64,000 bases of DNA. Source: an uncultured Myxococcales bacterium (GTDB lineage Bacteria > Desulfobacterota > Binatia > UBA1149 > CAITLU01). A program made the translations under genes and the position numbers. The notes below the pieces were generated by a model. It made no database searches, had not been told where the DNA came from, and saw only the letters and a program-made list of their open reading frames with translations. Shown one piece after another: positions 18,292 through 26,961 of the stretch; the first letter of the stretch is position 1; every line of letters starts with the position of its first letter. The DNA lies in NCBI GenBank assembly GCA_964476185.1, contig CAYYZO010000005.1, forward strand, positions 12,532 to 76,531, given 5' to 3'.

Positions 18292-19073
18292 CCGCCCGCA
18301 CGAGCCAGCTCACGGACCAGCGCACGATCTTGCGCGTCCGCGACGTGGCCGTGCGGTACATCCTGCGCGGTCGCATCTTCTCGCGCGGCGCGAGCGATCG
18401 CTGGGCGCTGACGCGCGTGTCGTTCGACCTGCACGCCGGCGAGACGCTCGGCATCGTCGGCCGCAACGGCGCCGGCAAGACGACGATGCTGCGGCTGCTG
18501 GCCGGCATCCTCGGCCCCGACCGCGGAACGATCGAGCGCGAGCCCGGCGTGCGCGCGTCGCTGCTCAGTCTCCAGGTCGGCTTCCTCCCGCAGCTGACCG
18601 GCCGCGAGAACGCGACGCTGTCGGGCATGCTGCTCGGCCTTCGCCGCGCCGAGGTCGCGCGCCGCATGGACGGGATCGTCGGGTTCGCCGGGCTCGAGAG
18701 CGTGATCGACGACCCGATCTCGACGTGGTCCGACGGCATGCGCGCGCGACTCGGCTTCTCGGTCGCGTTCCACGCCGATCCCGACCTGCTGCTGATCGAC
18801 GAAGCGCTCGGCACCGGCGACGCCGCCTTCCACGAGAAGTCGGCAGCGGCCATGCGCGAGCGCATCCGTTCCGAACGCACCTGCGTTCTCGTCTCGCACG
18901 ACGCGGCGACGATCCGGGAGCTTTGCGACCGCTGCGTCTGGATCGAGCGCGGGCGGGTGGCGGCCGCGGGATCGACGCACGAAGTGCTCGAGGCCTACGA
19001 GAAGGCGCTGCACGCGCCGCTCCTCGACGAGATCGACGCCGGCGCGACCGCCGCCGGCTGGCTCACCGTGTAG
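18288..19073 (+). CDS. ABC transporter ATP-binding protein (Wzt/TagH/KpsT-like, no C-terminal extension)
   Basis: MTARTSQ..GIVGRNGAGKTTMLRLLAG..STWSDGMRARLGFSVAF..LLLIDEALGTGD.. gives Walker A, signature and Walker B. The start overlaps the permease stop as ATGA. Confidence 0.85.
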   Translation: MTARTSQLTDQRTILRVRDVAVRYILRGRIFSRGASDRWALTRVSFDLHAGETLGIVGRNGAGKTTMLRLLAGILGPDRGTIEREPGVRASLLSLQVGFLPQLTGRENATLSGMLLGLRRAEVARRMDGIVGFAGLESVIDDPISTWSDGMRARLGFSVAFHADPDLLLIDEALGTGDAAFHEKSAAAMRERIRSERTCVLVSHDAATIRELCDRCVWIERGRVAAAGSTHEVLEAYEKALHAPLLDEIDAGATAAGWLTV

Positions 19074-19193
19074 GCATCCCCGACGCATCGCCCGCCGCCA
19101 TGGCCCGGCCTCGTCCGGGTCGACATGCGGCGGTCCGGTCGACAAGATGGGCAGCGCGCGGCGACGCCGCTCCGGCGCCCGCGGGGAGGACCG

Positions 19194-19574
19194 ATGGAAT
19201 CGATTCCGACGAAGGTGATCCGCATCCTGCTCGGGCTGCTGCTGCTCGTCGGCGGCCTCAACAAGTTCGTCCCGGTGCTGCCCGACCCCGGACACAACGA
19301 AGCCGGCGCGGCGTTCCTCGGTGCGCTGGCCGCCACCGGCTACATGTTCCCGATCATCGGCCTCGTCGAGATCTTCTCCGGCGCCGCGTTCGTCGCGGGC
19401 CGCTTCGTCGCCCTCGCGGCCGTGCTGCTCGCGCCGATCGCCGTCAACATCGTGATGTTCCACGTCGCGCTCGACCCGTCCGGCACCGGACCGGGACTCT
19501 TCGTCGGGGCCGCGAACATCTACCTGCTCGCCGTCAGCCTGCCGAAGTACCAGGACATGCTGATGCCTCGCTGA
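19194..19574 (+). CDS. small integral membrane protein (DoxX-like)
   Basis: MESIPTKVIRILLGLLLLVGGLNKF.. has 3-4 TM helices. There is a strong Shine-Dalgarno sequence (GGGGAGGAC) directly upstream of the ATG at 19194. Confidence 0.5.
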   Translation: MESIPTKVIRILLGLLLLVGGLNKFVPVLPDPGHNEAGAAFLGALAATGYMFPIIGLVEIFSGAAFVAGRFVALAAVLLAPIAVNIVMFHVALDPSGTGPGLFVGAANIYLLAVSLPKYQDMLMPR

Positions 19575-20040
19575 GCGACGAGGCAACCCCGAGCCGGCCG
19601 CGGAGGCGCCCCTCGGCGAATGCCGGGGGGTTCTCGACGTTGATCAGCGTCGACGCCTCGAAGTTCTCGGGCGCCTGCCGATCGTCGCGGCCACCGAAGC
19701 TCGCGGCATCCGGGGCCGCCAACTCGACACGGAGCGTACTCGCGCAGGCGTACGGATCGTCTTCGCCGTACACCGAGCTGTCGTAGCCGAGCTTCTCCCA
19801 TTTCCCCCGCGTGGCGGCGTCGGCGATCTCGCCGTCGTCGACGCGCAGCGTGCCCGGCGAGAGCCTCCCCCTCTTGGCCGGCTCCGGCGCAGGCGACGGC
19901 CTTGCCGTCGCCGTTTCTCGTCGCAGAGTGACCACGCGCACAGGAAGCGGATGGCATGGGCATGGCGAGCCCGTGCCCGAAGGTCGCGCCGCGAAACCGG
20001 CGCCGCGCGACTGCCGCTTCGGCGTGCCGACGTCCTTCAT
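19534..20040 (-). CDS. hypothetical protein (weak call)
   Basis: 168-aa ORF with strong GC3 bias and a partly non-repetitive sequence (..GKWEKLGYDSSVYGEDDPYACASTLRVELAAPD..ENFEASTLINVENPP..). I recognise no family. Its 3' end overlaps the convergent gene 19194..19574 by 41 bp. Confidence 0.25.
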   Translation of the reverse strand: MKDVGTPKRQSRGAGFAARPSGTGSPCPCHPLPVRVVTLRRETATARPSPAPEPAKRGRLSPGTLRVDDGEIADAATRGKWEKLGYDSSVYGEDDPYACASTLRVELAAPDAASFGGRDDRQAPENFEASTLINVENPPAFAEGRLRGRLGVASSLSEASACPGTSAG

Positions 20041-20217
20041 GCCTTTGGCCGCGCCGCACGCGTTCGACCAGGCGGGAGGTCAACCGGTGACGCATGTCAC
20101 CCCAACGCAACCAACTGCGGAAAGAGATGACTCGGGTCACGCGTCGGGCGGGGCTTTGCTGATACCCGTCAGCGACCTCCCGAAGTCCGGGAGAGACGAC
20201 GGTGGAGGATAACCCCG

Positions 20218-22692
20218 ATGATCAAGAAACGATGCGGCTCACGAACGGCGATTGCGGCGACGATGGCGATCCTGGCGGGTCTGCCCTTTCCCTCGGCGGC
20301 AACGGCAGGCGACCCCACTGCGCTGCTCTTCCCGCTCGACGGCAGCTACACGCTCGTCGACTTCTACGAGAACGGCGCTCCCGACCAGGGTAACGACGAC
20401 GACTCGACGGGAATCCTGCTCAGCTTCCCGTTCGACCTCTACGGCGAGTCGTACTCGGACGCCTACATCAACAACAACGGCAACGTTTCGTTCGTCACGC
20501 CGTATGGATCCTACAGCTCGACCGGCTTCCCGGACCCTTCGTTCAAGATGGTCGCCCCGTTCTGGGCCGACGTGGACACCAGGTACGGCAACGGCCAGGT
20601 CTGGCACAAGCTGACAGCGAGCACGCTCGTCGTCACCTGGGACAACGTCGGCTACTACAGCGGCCACGGCGACCTGCGCAACACGTTCCAGCTCGCCATC
20701 TCGGACGGCAGTGATCCCACCATGGGCATCGGCAACAACGTCTGTTTCAGCTACTCCGACATGGCCTGGACGACAGGCGACGCCTCCGGAGGCGCGGGGG
20801 GCTTCGGGGGAACGCCGGCCACCGCGGGCGCCAACCGCGGCAACGGCGTCGACTTCTTCCAGATCGGCCGCTTCGACCATGAAGGGACCGACTACGACGG
20901 GCCATCCGACAATGCGGACGGCATCAGTTATCTCGATGGCCGGACCTACTGCTTCAATGCGTCGTCGAACACGAACAACATCGCGCCGATCGCCTCCGGC
21001 TTCCCGGTCGGGAACGTCGTCGACCTCGACTGCTCGGCGGGCGACGTGCTCGACCTCGCCCTCTCGTTCCTGAGCCCCGAGGTCTTCCAGACGACGACCG
21101 TCGTCGTCGACGACGTGCACGGCGCGACGGCAGCCGGGCTCGCGATCGTCAACACCCCGGGCAACACCGCCACCGTCGCCCTCGACTGGGCTCCCGATTG
21201 TGCGGACGTCGGGTCCTGGCGTCTCGACTTCACGGCGACCGACGACCACGTGACGCCGGGCGAGACCGAAGTGAGCCTGACGGTCAACGTGATCCAGCCT
21301 TGCGGCAACGGCATCGTCAGCGGCGACGAGCAGTGCGACGACGGCAACACGGTGGACGGCGACTGCTGCTCGTCCTCCTGCCAGATCGAGGAAGCCGGGA
21401 CCGTCTGCCGGGAAGCCGTCAACGGCGTCTGCGACTCGGCGGAGGTCTGCGACGGAACGTCCGGAAGCTGTCCCGCCAACGTGTCGGCCCCCGCGGGGAC
21501 GGCCTGCCCCGCGGACGGCAACCCCTGCACCGACGACGTCTGCGACGGCATCGGGGGATGCGGCGTCGCGAACACGGCCGGCTGCGACGACTCGCTCTAC
21601 TGCAACGGCATCGACATCTGCGCGGGGGGAGTCTGCACGCACCCGGAACCGCCCTGCGGCGACGCGGAATGCAGCACCTGCGACGAGGACAACGACGAAT
21701 GCGGCGTCATCACCGCGGGTGTCTCGTGCGACGATGACGGCGACCAGTGCACGAACGACCAGTGCGACGGCCTCGGGGAATGCGCCCACCCGCCGATCGT
21801 CCTCGCACCCGCCTGCGACTGGATCATCGTGACCGGCTCCGATGCCCGCGCCGCCGGCGTGAAGACGCGCGCAAGCTCCAACGTGCGCGGAAGCGTCTGC
21901 GCGGATACCGCGGATGTCGGCGTTTCCTCGAGGCTGCTCGGCCCCGCGTCGTGGGCGCTGATGGAAGACAGCGGCGATGCGGCGCGCGTGCGGTCGCTGG
22001 CCACCGTCGAGAACGGCAGCGTCGTGACCGCGGGCGGCTGCCTGGCCGGCTTCCGCGACTTCCCGATCTTCGGGACGACCCTCGACGGCGAGATCTGCTG
22101 CAGCGCGGGCAGCGTGGAGTTGCCCGGCGGGAACCCGGCCAACGTGATCAACGCCTGCGGCACCGACAGCCTGCTGGGAGATTGCGAGGCCGCGCGCTCG
22201 CAAGTCGACGGTGACGTCGCCGAACTCGACGCGCTGGCGGCGACGCAGACGCACGGGTCGCTGTCGATCCAGCCGGGCCAGACGCACACCCTGCTGGTCG
22301 GACCGGGCCGGAACGTGATCGACTTCGACCGCATCAAGATCGGTCGCGGCGCGACGCTGGCGATCGACGCGCAGGGCAACAACGACGCCGTCGTGATCGT
22401 GCGCATGGGTCGCGGCTTCTCTGCCAAGAAGGGCGTCGGCGCCAAGAACGCTGCCCCGACCGTCGCGCTGCTCGGAGGCCTGCAGGCTCGCAACCTGCTC
22501 TTCTACGCGGTCGACGGAGGCTGCAGCGTCGGCCTCAACAACGTCGGCGCGGGCACGTTCTTCTGCCCCCAGGGACGCGTGCGCGTGCGAGTCGGATCGG
22601 AGTGGAGCGGCGCGATCGTCGCAGGCGGAGCCGTGGACATCGGCATCGGCGTCGAGTTCGCCCACGTTCCCTTCCTCGGCCTGGCCGAGTAA
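20218..22692 (+). CDS. large secreted protein with an N-terminal NIDO-like domain, a central array of Myxococcus-type cysteine-rich repeats and a C-terminal beta-rich domain of unknown function
   Basis: A signal peptide (MIKKRCGSRTAIAATMAILAGLPFPSAATA) is followed by a NIDO-like block (FPFDLYGESYSDAYINNNGNVSF..APFWADVDT). Then come repeats such as CGNGIVSGDEQCDDGNTVDGDCCSSSCQIE and further C-rich modules (..CTDDVCDGIGGC.., ..CDDDGDQCTNDQCDGLGEC..). The C-terminal roughly 250 aa are G/A/V-rich and beta-like. A Shine-Dalgarno sequence (GGAGGAT) precedes the start. Confidence 0.8.
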   Translation: MIKKRCGSRTAIAATMAILAGLPFPSAATAGDPTALLFPLDGSYTLVDFYENGAPDQGNDDDSTGILLSFPFDLYGESYSDAYINNNGNVSFVTPYGSYSSTGFPDPSFKMVAPFWADVDTRYGNGQVWHKLTASTLVVTWDNVGYYSGHGDLRNTFQLAISDGSDPTMGIGNNVCFSYSDMAWTTGDASGGAGGFGGTPATAGANRGNGVDFFQIGRFDHEGTDYDGPSDNADGISYLDGRTYCFNASSNTNNIAPIASGFPVGNVVDLDCSAGDVLDLALSFLSPEVFQTTTVVVDDVHGATAAGLAIVNTPGNTATVALDWAPDCADVGSWRLDFTATDDHVTPGETEVSLTVNVIQPCGNGIVSGDEQCDDGNTVDGDCCSSSCQIEEAGTVCREAVNGVCDSAEVCDGTSGSCPANVSAPAGTACPADGNPCTDDVCDGIGGCGVANTAGCDDSLYCNGIDICAGGVCTHPEPPCGDAECSTCDEDNDECGVITAGVSCDDDGDQCTNDQCDGLGECAHPPIVLAPACDWIIVTGSDARAAGVKTRASSNVRGSVCADTADVGVSSRLLGPASWALMEDSGDAARVRSLATVENGSVVTAGGCLAGFRDFPIFGTTLDGEICCSAGSVELPGGNPANVINACGTDSLLGDCEAARSQVDGDVAELDALAATQTHGSLSIQPGQTHTLLVGPGRNVIDFDRIKIGRGATLAIDAQGNNDAVVIVRMGRGFSAKKGVGAKNAAPTVALLGGLQARNLLFYAVDGGCSVGLNNVGAGTFFCPQGRVRVRVGSEWSGAIVAGGAVDIGIGVEFAHVPFLGLAE

Positions 22693-22822
22693 GCCCCGGA
22701 AGGCAGCCGCCAGGGGGCGGCCCGGACGACTCCCGGGCCGCCCCGGAACGACGATCACCCCGGACCACGCGCGGACCGGGTGCCGGAGAAGCAACCCACC
22801 GCGTCGCTCTGCATGCAGCGCG

Positions 22823-22856
22823 AAAAAAGGGCCGGGCCTCTTTCGAGGCCCGGCCC
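22823..22856 (-). terminator. rho-independent terminator on the minus strand
   Basis: Plus-strand sequence aaaaaaGGGCCGGGCCTCtttcGAGGCCCGGCCC is a 12-bp perfect GC stem with a 4-nt loop. On the minus strand it is followed by TTTTTT. It lies 3' of the tetR-small-ORF transcription unit. Confidence 0.65.
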
Positions 22857-22987
22857 GACGCGATGACCGGAGCAGGTCGACGATACGCCCCCGTATCGAC
22901 GAGCCCCGGCCGTTCGCGCACCGCCGGCGTTCCGCTCCTTTCCGCGCGAAACGCCGCTTTCCCCCGTCGGTTCTCCCCCCGGATCCC

Positions 22988-23140
22988 CTACAACGTCCCG
23001 CTCGCCACGTAGCGGATCGCGATCATCGCCAGGATCGTGGCTGCCGGGACTCCGGCGAGCAGCGTCGCGGCCGAGGACAGCATCTCGGCGAACGGGACCT
23101 CGTCCTGGTCGACGACGTTCCCCGGAAAACGACTGCTCAC
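22988..23140 (-). CDS. small (50 aa) tail-anchored membrane peptide translationally coupled to tetR
   Basis: VSSRFPGNVVDQDEVPFAEMLSSAATLLAGVPAATILAMIAIRYVASGTL. Its GTG start at 23140 overlaps the tetR stop as GTGA, and there is an alternative ATG at 23083 giving 31 aa. It has one C-terminal TM helix and ends about 130 bp before the strong terminator. Confidence 0.35.
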   Translation of the reverse strand: MSSRFPGNVVDQDEVPFAEMLSSAATLLAGVPAATILAMIAIRYVASGTL

Positions 23141-23907
23141 AACGCAACCTCCTTCGTATCGATCGCCGCTGGCGAAACGCTTCGCGACGGCTTGCGCATC
23201 GTCGGCATGGAGGACCTCTCCGGCCGCTTCGGTGGCATCGCGATCCCCTCGAAGCAGAACGCGACGACCTGCTCCGACCAGTCCTCGATCCAGCCCGGAC
23301 GCTCGTCGCCGCTCCCGAGCAGGCGCGCGGCCAGCGTGCGCGACTCGAGCCAGCACGACGACGCGCCGAGGATCTGGAAGAACGTGGTCTCGAACGGCGC
23401 CGGCCTGACGGCTCCTTCGTCGACCGCCCGGCGATAAACGCGTTCGATCGTCTCGAGGACCGGCTTCAGGTGCTTCGACGCGAGCCACTCGTCCTGGCCG
23501 GCGGCGATGCCGCCCTCGTCGCGCAGCAACCGGCACGCCGCGCGGTTCCCGGCGAGGAACACGACGAGACGACGAATCATGAGACGCAACGCTTCGCGGC
23601 CGTCGAGATCGCGGCCGTCGACCGCCGCGCCTTCGACCGCCGCGGCCCAGTTCGCGCAGAAGACCGCGACGGCCTCGCGCCACAGGTTCGCTTTCGAGCC
23701 GAAGTGGTACAGCACGAGCGGCGCCGTCACGCCGACCCGGCGCGCGATGGCCGCGAGCGAGGCCTCCTGGAAGCCCTTGCCGGCGAACTCCTCGAGCGCG
23801 GCCTCGAGGATCCGGTCGCGAACCCCGTGCCGGGCGCCCCCGGGCGGCCTCGAAGGCTGCGGGGAACTGCCGGCAAGCGCGCGTTCGACGACGGGGACGG
23901 ACTCCAT
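23137..23907 (-). CDS. TetR/AcrR family transcriptional regulator
   Basis: The N-terminal helix-turn-helix is ..RILEAALEEFAGKGFQEASLAAIARRVGVTAPLVLYHFGSKANLW... I chose the internal ATG at 23907. Confidence 0.85.
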   Translation of the reverse strand: MESVPVVERALAGSSPQPSRPPGGARHGVRDRILEAALEEFAGKGFQEASLAAIARRVGVTAPLVLYHFGSKANLWREAVAVFCANWAAAVEGAAVDGRDLDGREALRLMIRRLVVFLAGNRAACRLLRDEGGIAAGQDEWLASKHLKPVLETIERVYRRAVDEGAVRPAPFETTFFQILGASSCWLESRTLAARLLGSGDERPGWIEDWSEQVVAFCFEGIAMPPKRPERSSMPTMRKPSRSVSPAAIDTKEVAL

Positions 23908-24008
23908 GCCGAGAATCGAGCAACGCTCGTGCCAGACACTTCTTTCAAGAATTTCCATGCGTTAGCCTGATCCGGCGGTGCCCGCGACCGCGGCAGATCA
24001 CCGATCCG

Positions 24009-24024
24009 GTGGTCAAATGACCAC
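24009..24024. promoter_or_regulatory. perfect inverted repeat GTGGTCA-AA-TGACCAC, a candidate TetR operator
   Basis: A 7-2-7 palindrome lies about 100 bp upstream of the tetR start, in the divergent intergenic region shared with the sigma-54 regulator gene. Confidence 0.4.
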
Positions 24025-24233
24025 TTCCGCGCGAAAACTCGCCGGGCAGGCGCATCCCGGCGACGGGCCTCCCGGCGATTCCCGTCGAAGCGCCGGGGAA
24101 TCGACAGCGAGGGCTCGAGCGGATCGGTCGCGGACGACGGCGAGGGAATGGACGTGGCCGCAGGCGGCCCCGGCCCGCGAGGCCGGACGACGGGTGGTCG
24201 TCCGGGCCGGGGGCGGCAGGCAGGAAGAACGAC

Positions 24234-25673
24234 ATGGCCGACATCGTACTGGTCGAAGACGAGGACGTGCTCAGACGCTACCTGGCCGGCACGCTGGAGC
24301 GGCTCGGGCACACCGTGCGCGCGGCCGAAACGGCCGAGGACGGGCTGCGCTTCATCGAGGAAGGAGAGCCGGACATCGTCCTCAGCGACTACCGGCTGCC
24401 GGGCATGACCGGCTACGAGCTGTTGCGCGCCGTCAAGGAAGCGTCACCCGGCGTCCCGTTCGTGCTGCTGACCGCGCACGGCACCGTCGAGGACGCAGTC
24501 GCCGCGATGCGGGCGGGCGCGAGCGACTACCTGACCAAGCCGGTGAACCTGCAGGAGCTCGGCGTCGTCCTCGACCGCTGCGTCGCGAGCAAGGGGCTGC
24601 GCAACGAGCTCGACTATTATCGTCGTCGCGACCTCGCGCCCGGCGCCGCGCCCGGCGACGACGCCGGCGGCGGCCTCGGACTCGTCGGGGAGTCGGAACA
24701 GATCCGCGCGCTTCGAGAGCTCGTGCTGCGGCTGGCGTCCCACGAGAAGCGCGGCGGCGGCGGGCCGACCGTGCTGATCACCGGCGAGACCGGCACCGGC
24801 AAGGGGCTGGTCGCGCGCGCGCTGCACCGCGCGGCGCCGCGCCACGACGCGCCGTTCATCGAGGTGAACTGCGCGGCGCTGCCCGACCACCTGCTCGAAG
24901 CCGAGTTGATGGGCTACGAACGCGGCGCCTTCACCGGCGCCGTGCGCTCGAAACCGGGTCTGTTCGAAGCCGCCGAGGGCGGCACGATCTTCCTCGACGA
25001 GATCGGCCGCATGAGCCTCGACCTCCAGGCCAAGCTGTTGAAAGTCATCGACGAGCGGACGCTGCGCCGGCTTGGAAGCACGCGCGACCGCCTGCTGCGC
25101 TGCTCGGTGATCACGGCGACCCACCTCGACCTCGAAGCCTCGGCGCGGGGCGGCGCGTTCCTGCCCGACCTGTACCACCGCATCAACGTGTTCCGCATCC
25201 AGTCGCTTCCGCTTCGGGAGCGTCGCGAGGACATCCTGCTTCTCGCGAACCACTACCTCGCGCGCCACGCGGCCGAGTACGGGGTCGCCACGCCGGAGCT
25301 GACGGATCGCGCGAAGAAGGCGCTGCTCGAGTACGCGTGGCCCGGCAACGTGCGCGAACTCGCACACGCGATGGAGCGCGCGGTGGTGCTCTGCCGGGGC
25401 GACGCGATCGACACGGCCGACCTCAGCCTGCTCGCCTTCGACGACGCCGGGGCGCCGGCCGGCGCGGCCGCCTCGACGGCGACTGGCATCCGCTGCCTCG
25501 CGGACTTCCGGCTCGATTTCTCCGAAGGCCCGATCTCGCTGGAAGAGATCGAGCAGTCGGCGCTCCGGCAGGCGTTCGAGCACGCGGAGGGCAACCGCAC
25601 CGTCGCGGCGCGGCTGCTCGACCTGTCGAAGGACACGCTGCGCTATCGGCTCGAGAAGTTCCAGATCGGCTGA
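24234..25673 (+). CDS. sigma-54-dependent Fis-family response regulator (NtrC-like: REC domain + AAA+ sigma-54 interaction domain + Fis-type helix-turn-helix)
   Basis: REC domain (..IVLSDYRLPGMTGYELL..), AAA+ Walker A (..VLITGETGTGKGLVARALH..), GAFTGA motif and ESELFGHE-like motif (..EAELMGYERGAFTGA..), and a C-terminal helix-turn-helix (..NRTVAARLLDLSKDTLRYRLEKF..). Confidence 0.9.
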   Translation: MADIVLVEDEDVLRRYLAGTLERLGHTVRAAETAEDGLRFIEEGEPDIVLSDYRLPGMTGYELLRAVKEASPGVPFVLLTAHGTVEDAVAAMRAGASDYLTKPVNLQELGVVLDRCVASKGLRNELDYYRRRDLAPGAAPGDDAGGGLGLVGESEQIRALRELVLRLASHEKRGGGGPTVLITGETGTGKGLVARALHRAAPRHDAPFIEVNCAALPDHLLEAELMGYERGAFTGAVRSKPGLFEAAEGGTIFLDEIGRMSLDLQAKLLKVIDERTLRRLGSTRDRLLRCSVITATHLDLEASARGGAFLPDLYHRINVFRIQSLPLRERREDILLLANHYLARHAAEYGVATPELTDRAKKALLEYAWPGNVRELAHAMERAVVLCRGDAIDTADLSLLAFDDAGAPAGAAASTATGIRCLADFRLDFSEGPISLEEIEQSALRQAFEHAEGNRTVAARLLDLSKDTLRYRLEKFQIG

Positions 25674-25697
25674 GAGGCCGCCGGAACGCCCGCGCGC

Positions 25698-26582
25698 TCA
25701 GCTTCGCACGCAGTAGAGCAGCTGACGGTAGGGCCGCCGCAGCGGCACCGACAGCAGGTCCACGACCTCGGCGCCGGCCAGCACGAAACGGCTCGCCGGT
25801 TCGCTGAGCCAGCGGCCGAGGTGCGCGCGGTGCGTCGCCATGTGCTCGATCCGGAATCCCCGGCGGTCGAGCAGCGTCGCGAGGGTGCGCGCCGTGAAGT
25901 AGTGGTTGTGGCGCTTGTCGTAGAGCAGCTCGAGCGGCGCGCGCAACCGGCCCAGCGAGAGCCTCCACGCCAGGTCCGCGACCACGTTGAACAGGCTCGC
26001 GGCGTCGATGGTGAACACGACGAGAACGCCGTCCGGCGCGAGCAGGTCGCGGGCCCGGTCGAGCACCGCCGCCGGATCGCTCGTGTGCTCGAGCACGTCC
26101 CACATCGTGATCGCGTCGAACGCGCGCCCCTGGAAGTCGATGCGTTCGAAATCGCCCACGAGCACCTCGGCCCCGCTGCGCGCGGCCGCGCGCGCGGCGA
26201 GTTCGGGGGACAACTCGACGCCGACCGCGTCCCAGCCGTTGCGTCGCGCCCGTTCGAGGAAGCCGCCCGAGCCGGCGCCGACGTCCAGCAGCGAGCCCGC
26301 CTCCTCGACGTGCATGGTCGCGCGGCGGCGCCCGAGCCGGACCAGCGCCTCGCGGAAGATCGCGACCTCCGGCCCCTCGCGGACCTCCGCGAAATAGTCG
26401 CCCTCGATGTAGCCGGGGTCGCGGTAGTAGCCTTCCATCTCCGCGGCCGTCGGCAACGGATCGCGCTGCAGGGCGCCGCAACCGTCGCAGCGGACGACGT
26501 CGAACGGCTTCAGGCGATAGACCGCCCGGCGCGGCGCGGCGCCGCCGCAGACCGGGCACGCGCCCGCGGCGTCAGTCGTCAT
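25698..26582 (-). CDS. class I SAM-dependent methyltransferase with N-terminal zinc ribbon
   Basis: CPVCGG..C..CDGCG zinc ribbon, SAM motif I (..LLDVGAGSGGF..), ..ITMWDVLEHT... Confidence 0.8.
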   Translation of the reverse strand: MTTDAAGACPVCGGAAPRRAVYRLKPFDVVRCDGCGALQRDPLPTAAEMEGYYRDPGYIEGDYFAEVREGPEVAIFREALVRLGRRRATMHVEEAGSLLDVGAGSGGFLERARRNGWDAVGVELSPELAARAAARSGAEVLVGDFERIDFQGRAFDAITMWDVLEHTSDPAAVLDRARDLLAPDGVLVVFTIDAASLFNVVADLAWRLSLGRLRAPLELLYDKRHNHYFTARTLATLLDRRGFRIEHMATHRAHLGRWLSEPASRFVLAGAEVVDLLSVPLRRPYRQLLYCVRS

Positions 26583-26961
26583 CGTCGCCGAGTCGGGCGC
26601 GCAGCATCGCGATCTCCTGCGCGAGTCGCGCGACCTGGCGTCCCAGCCGGGTCAGCACGACCGCGTAGGTCAGCGAGATCGCGAGCAGGAACAGCAACGC
26701 GAAGAAGAACACCGTCGAGCTCGGCGTCCACGCGCCGATCAACCGCGTCATCGCGTGCAGGAGGTCGAGGTGGACGGCCAGCACGAGCACGACGGCCGCG
26801 CAGGTCAGCCAGATCGGCGTCAGGCTTTCGGAAAGCCGCCGCCGCCGCACGGCCTCGAACACGCCGAAGAACAGCGCGAGGCCGACGACCAGCGCGACGA
26901 TGCGCACCGCCGTCGTGTCGGCGTCGGCGAGCAGCAGTGCGCGGAGCTGCTCCTCGGTCAT
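26572..26961 (-). CDS. DUF2304 family small membrane protein
   Basis: 129 aa with 3 TM helices. It is ATGA-coupled to the upstream GT2 gene, which is the typical DUF2304 context. Confidence 0.7.
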   Translation of the reverse strand: MTEEQLRALLLADADTTAVRIVALVVGLALFFGVFEAVRRRRLSESLTPIWLTCAAVVLVLAVHLDLLHAMTRLIGAWTPSSTVFFFALLFLLAISLTYAVVLTRLGRQVARLAQEIAMLRARLGDDDD

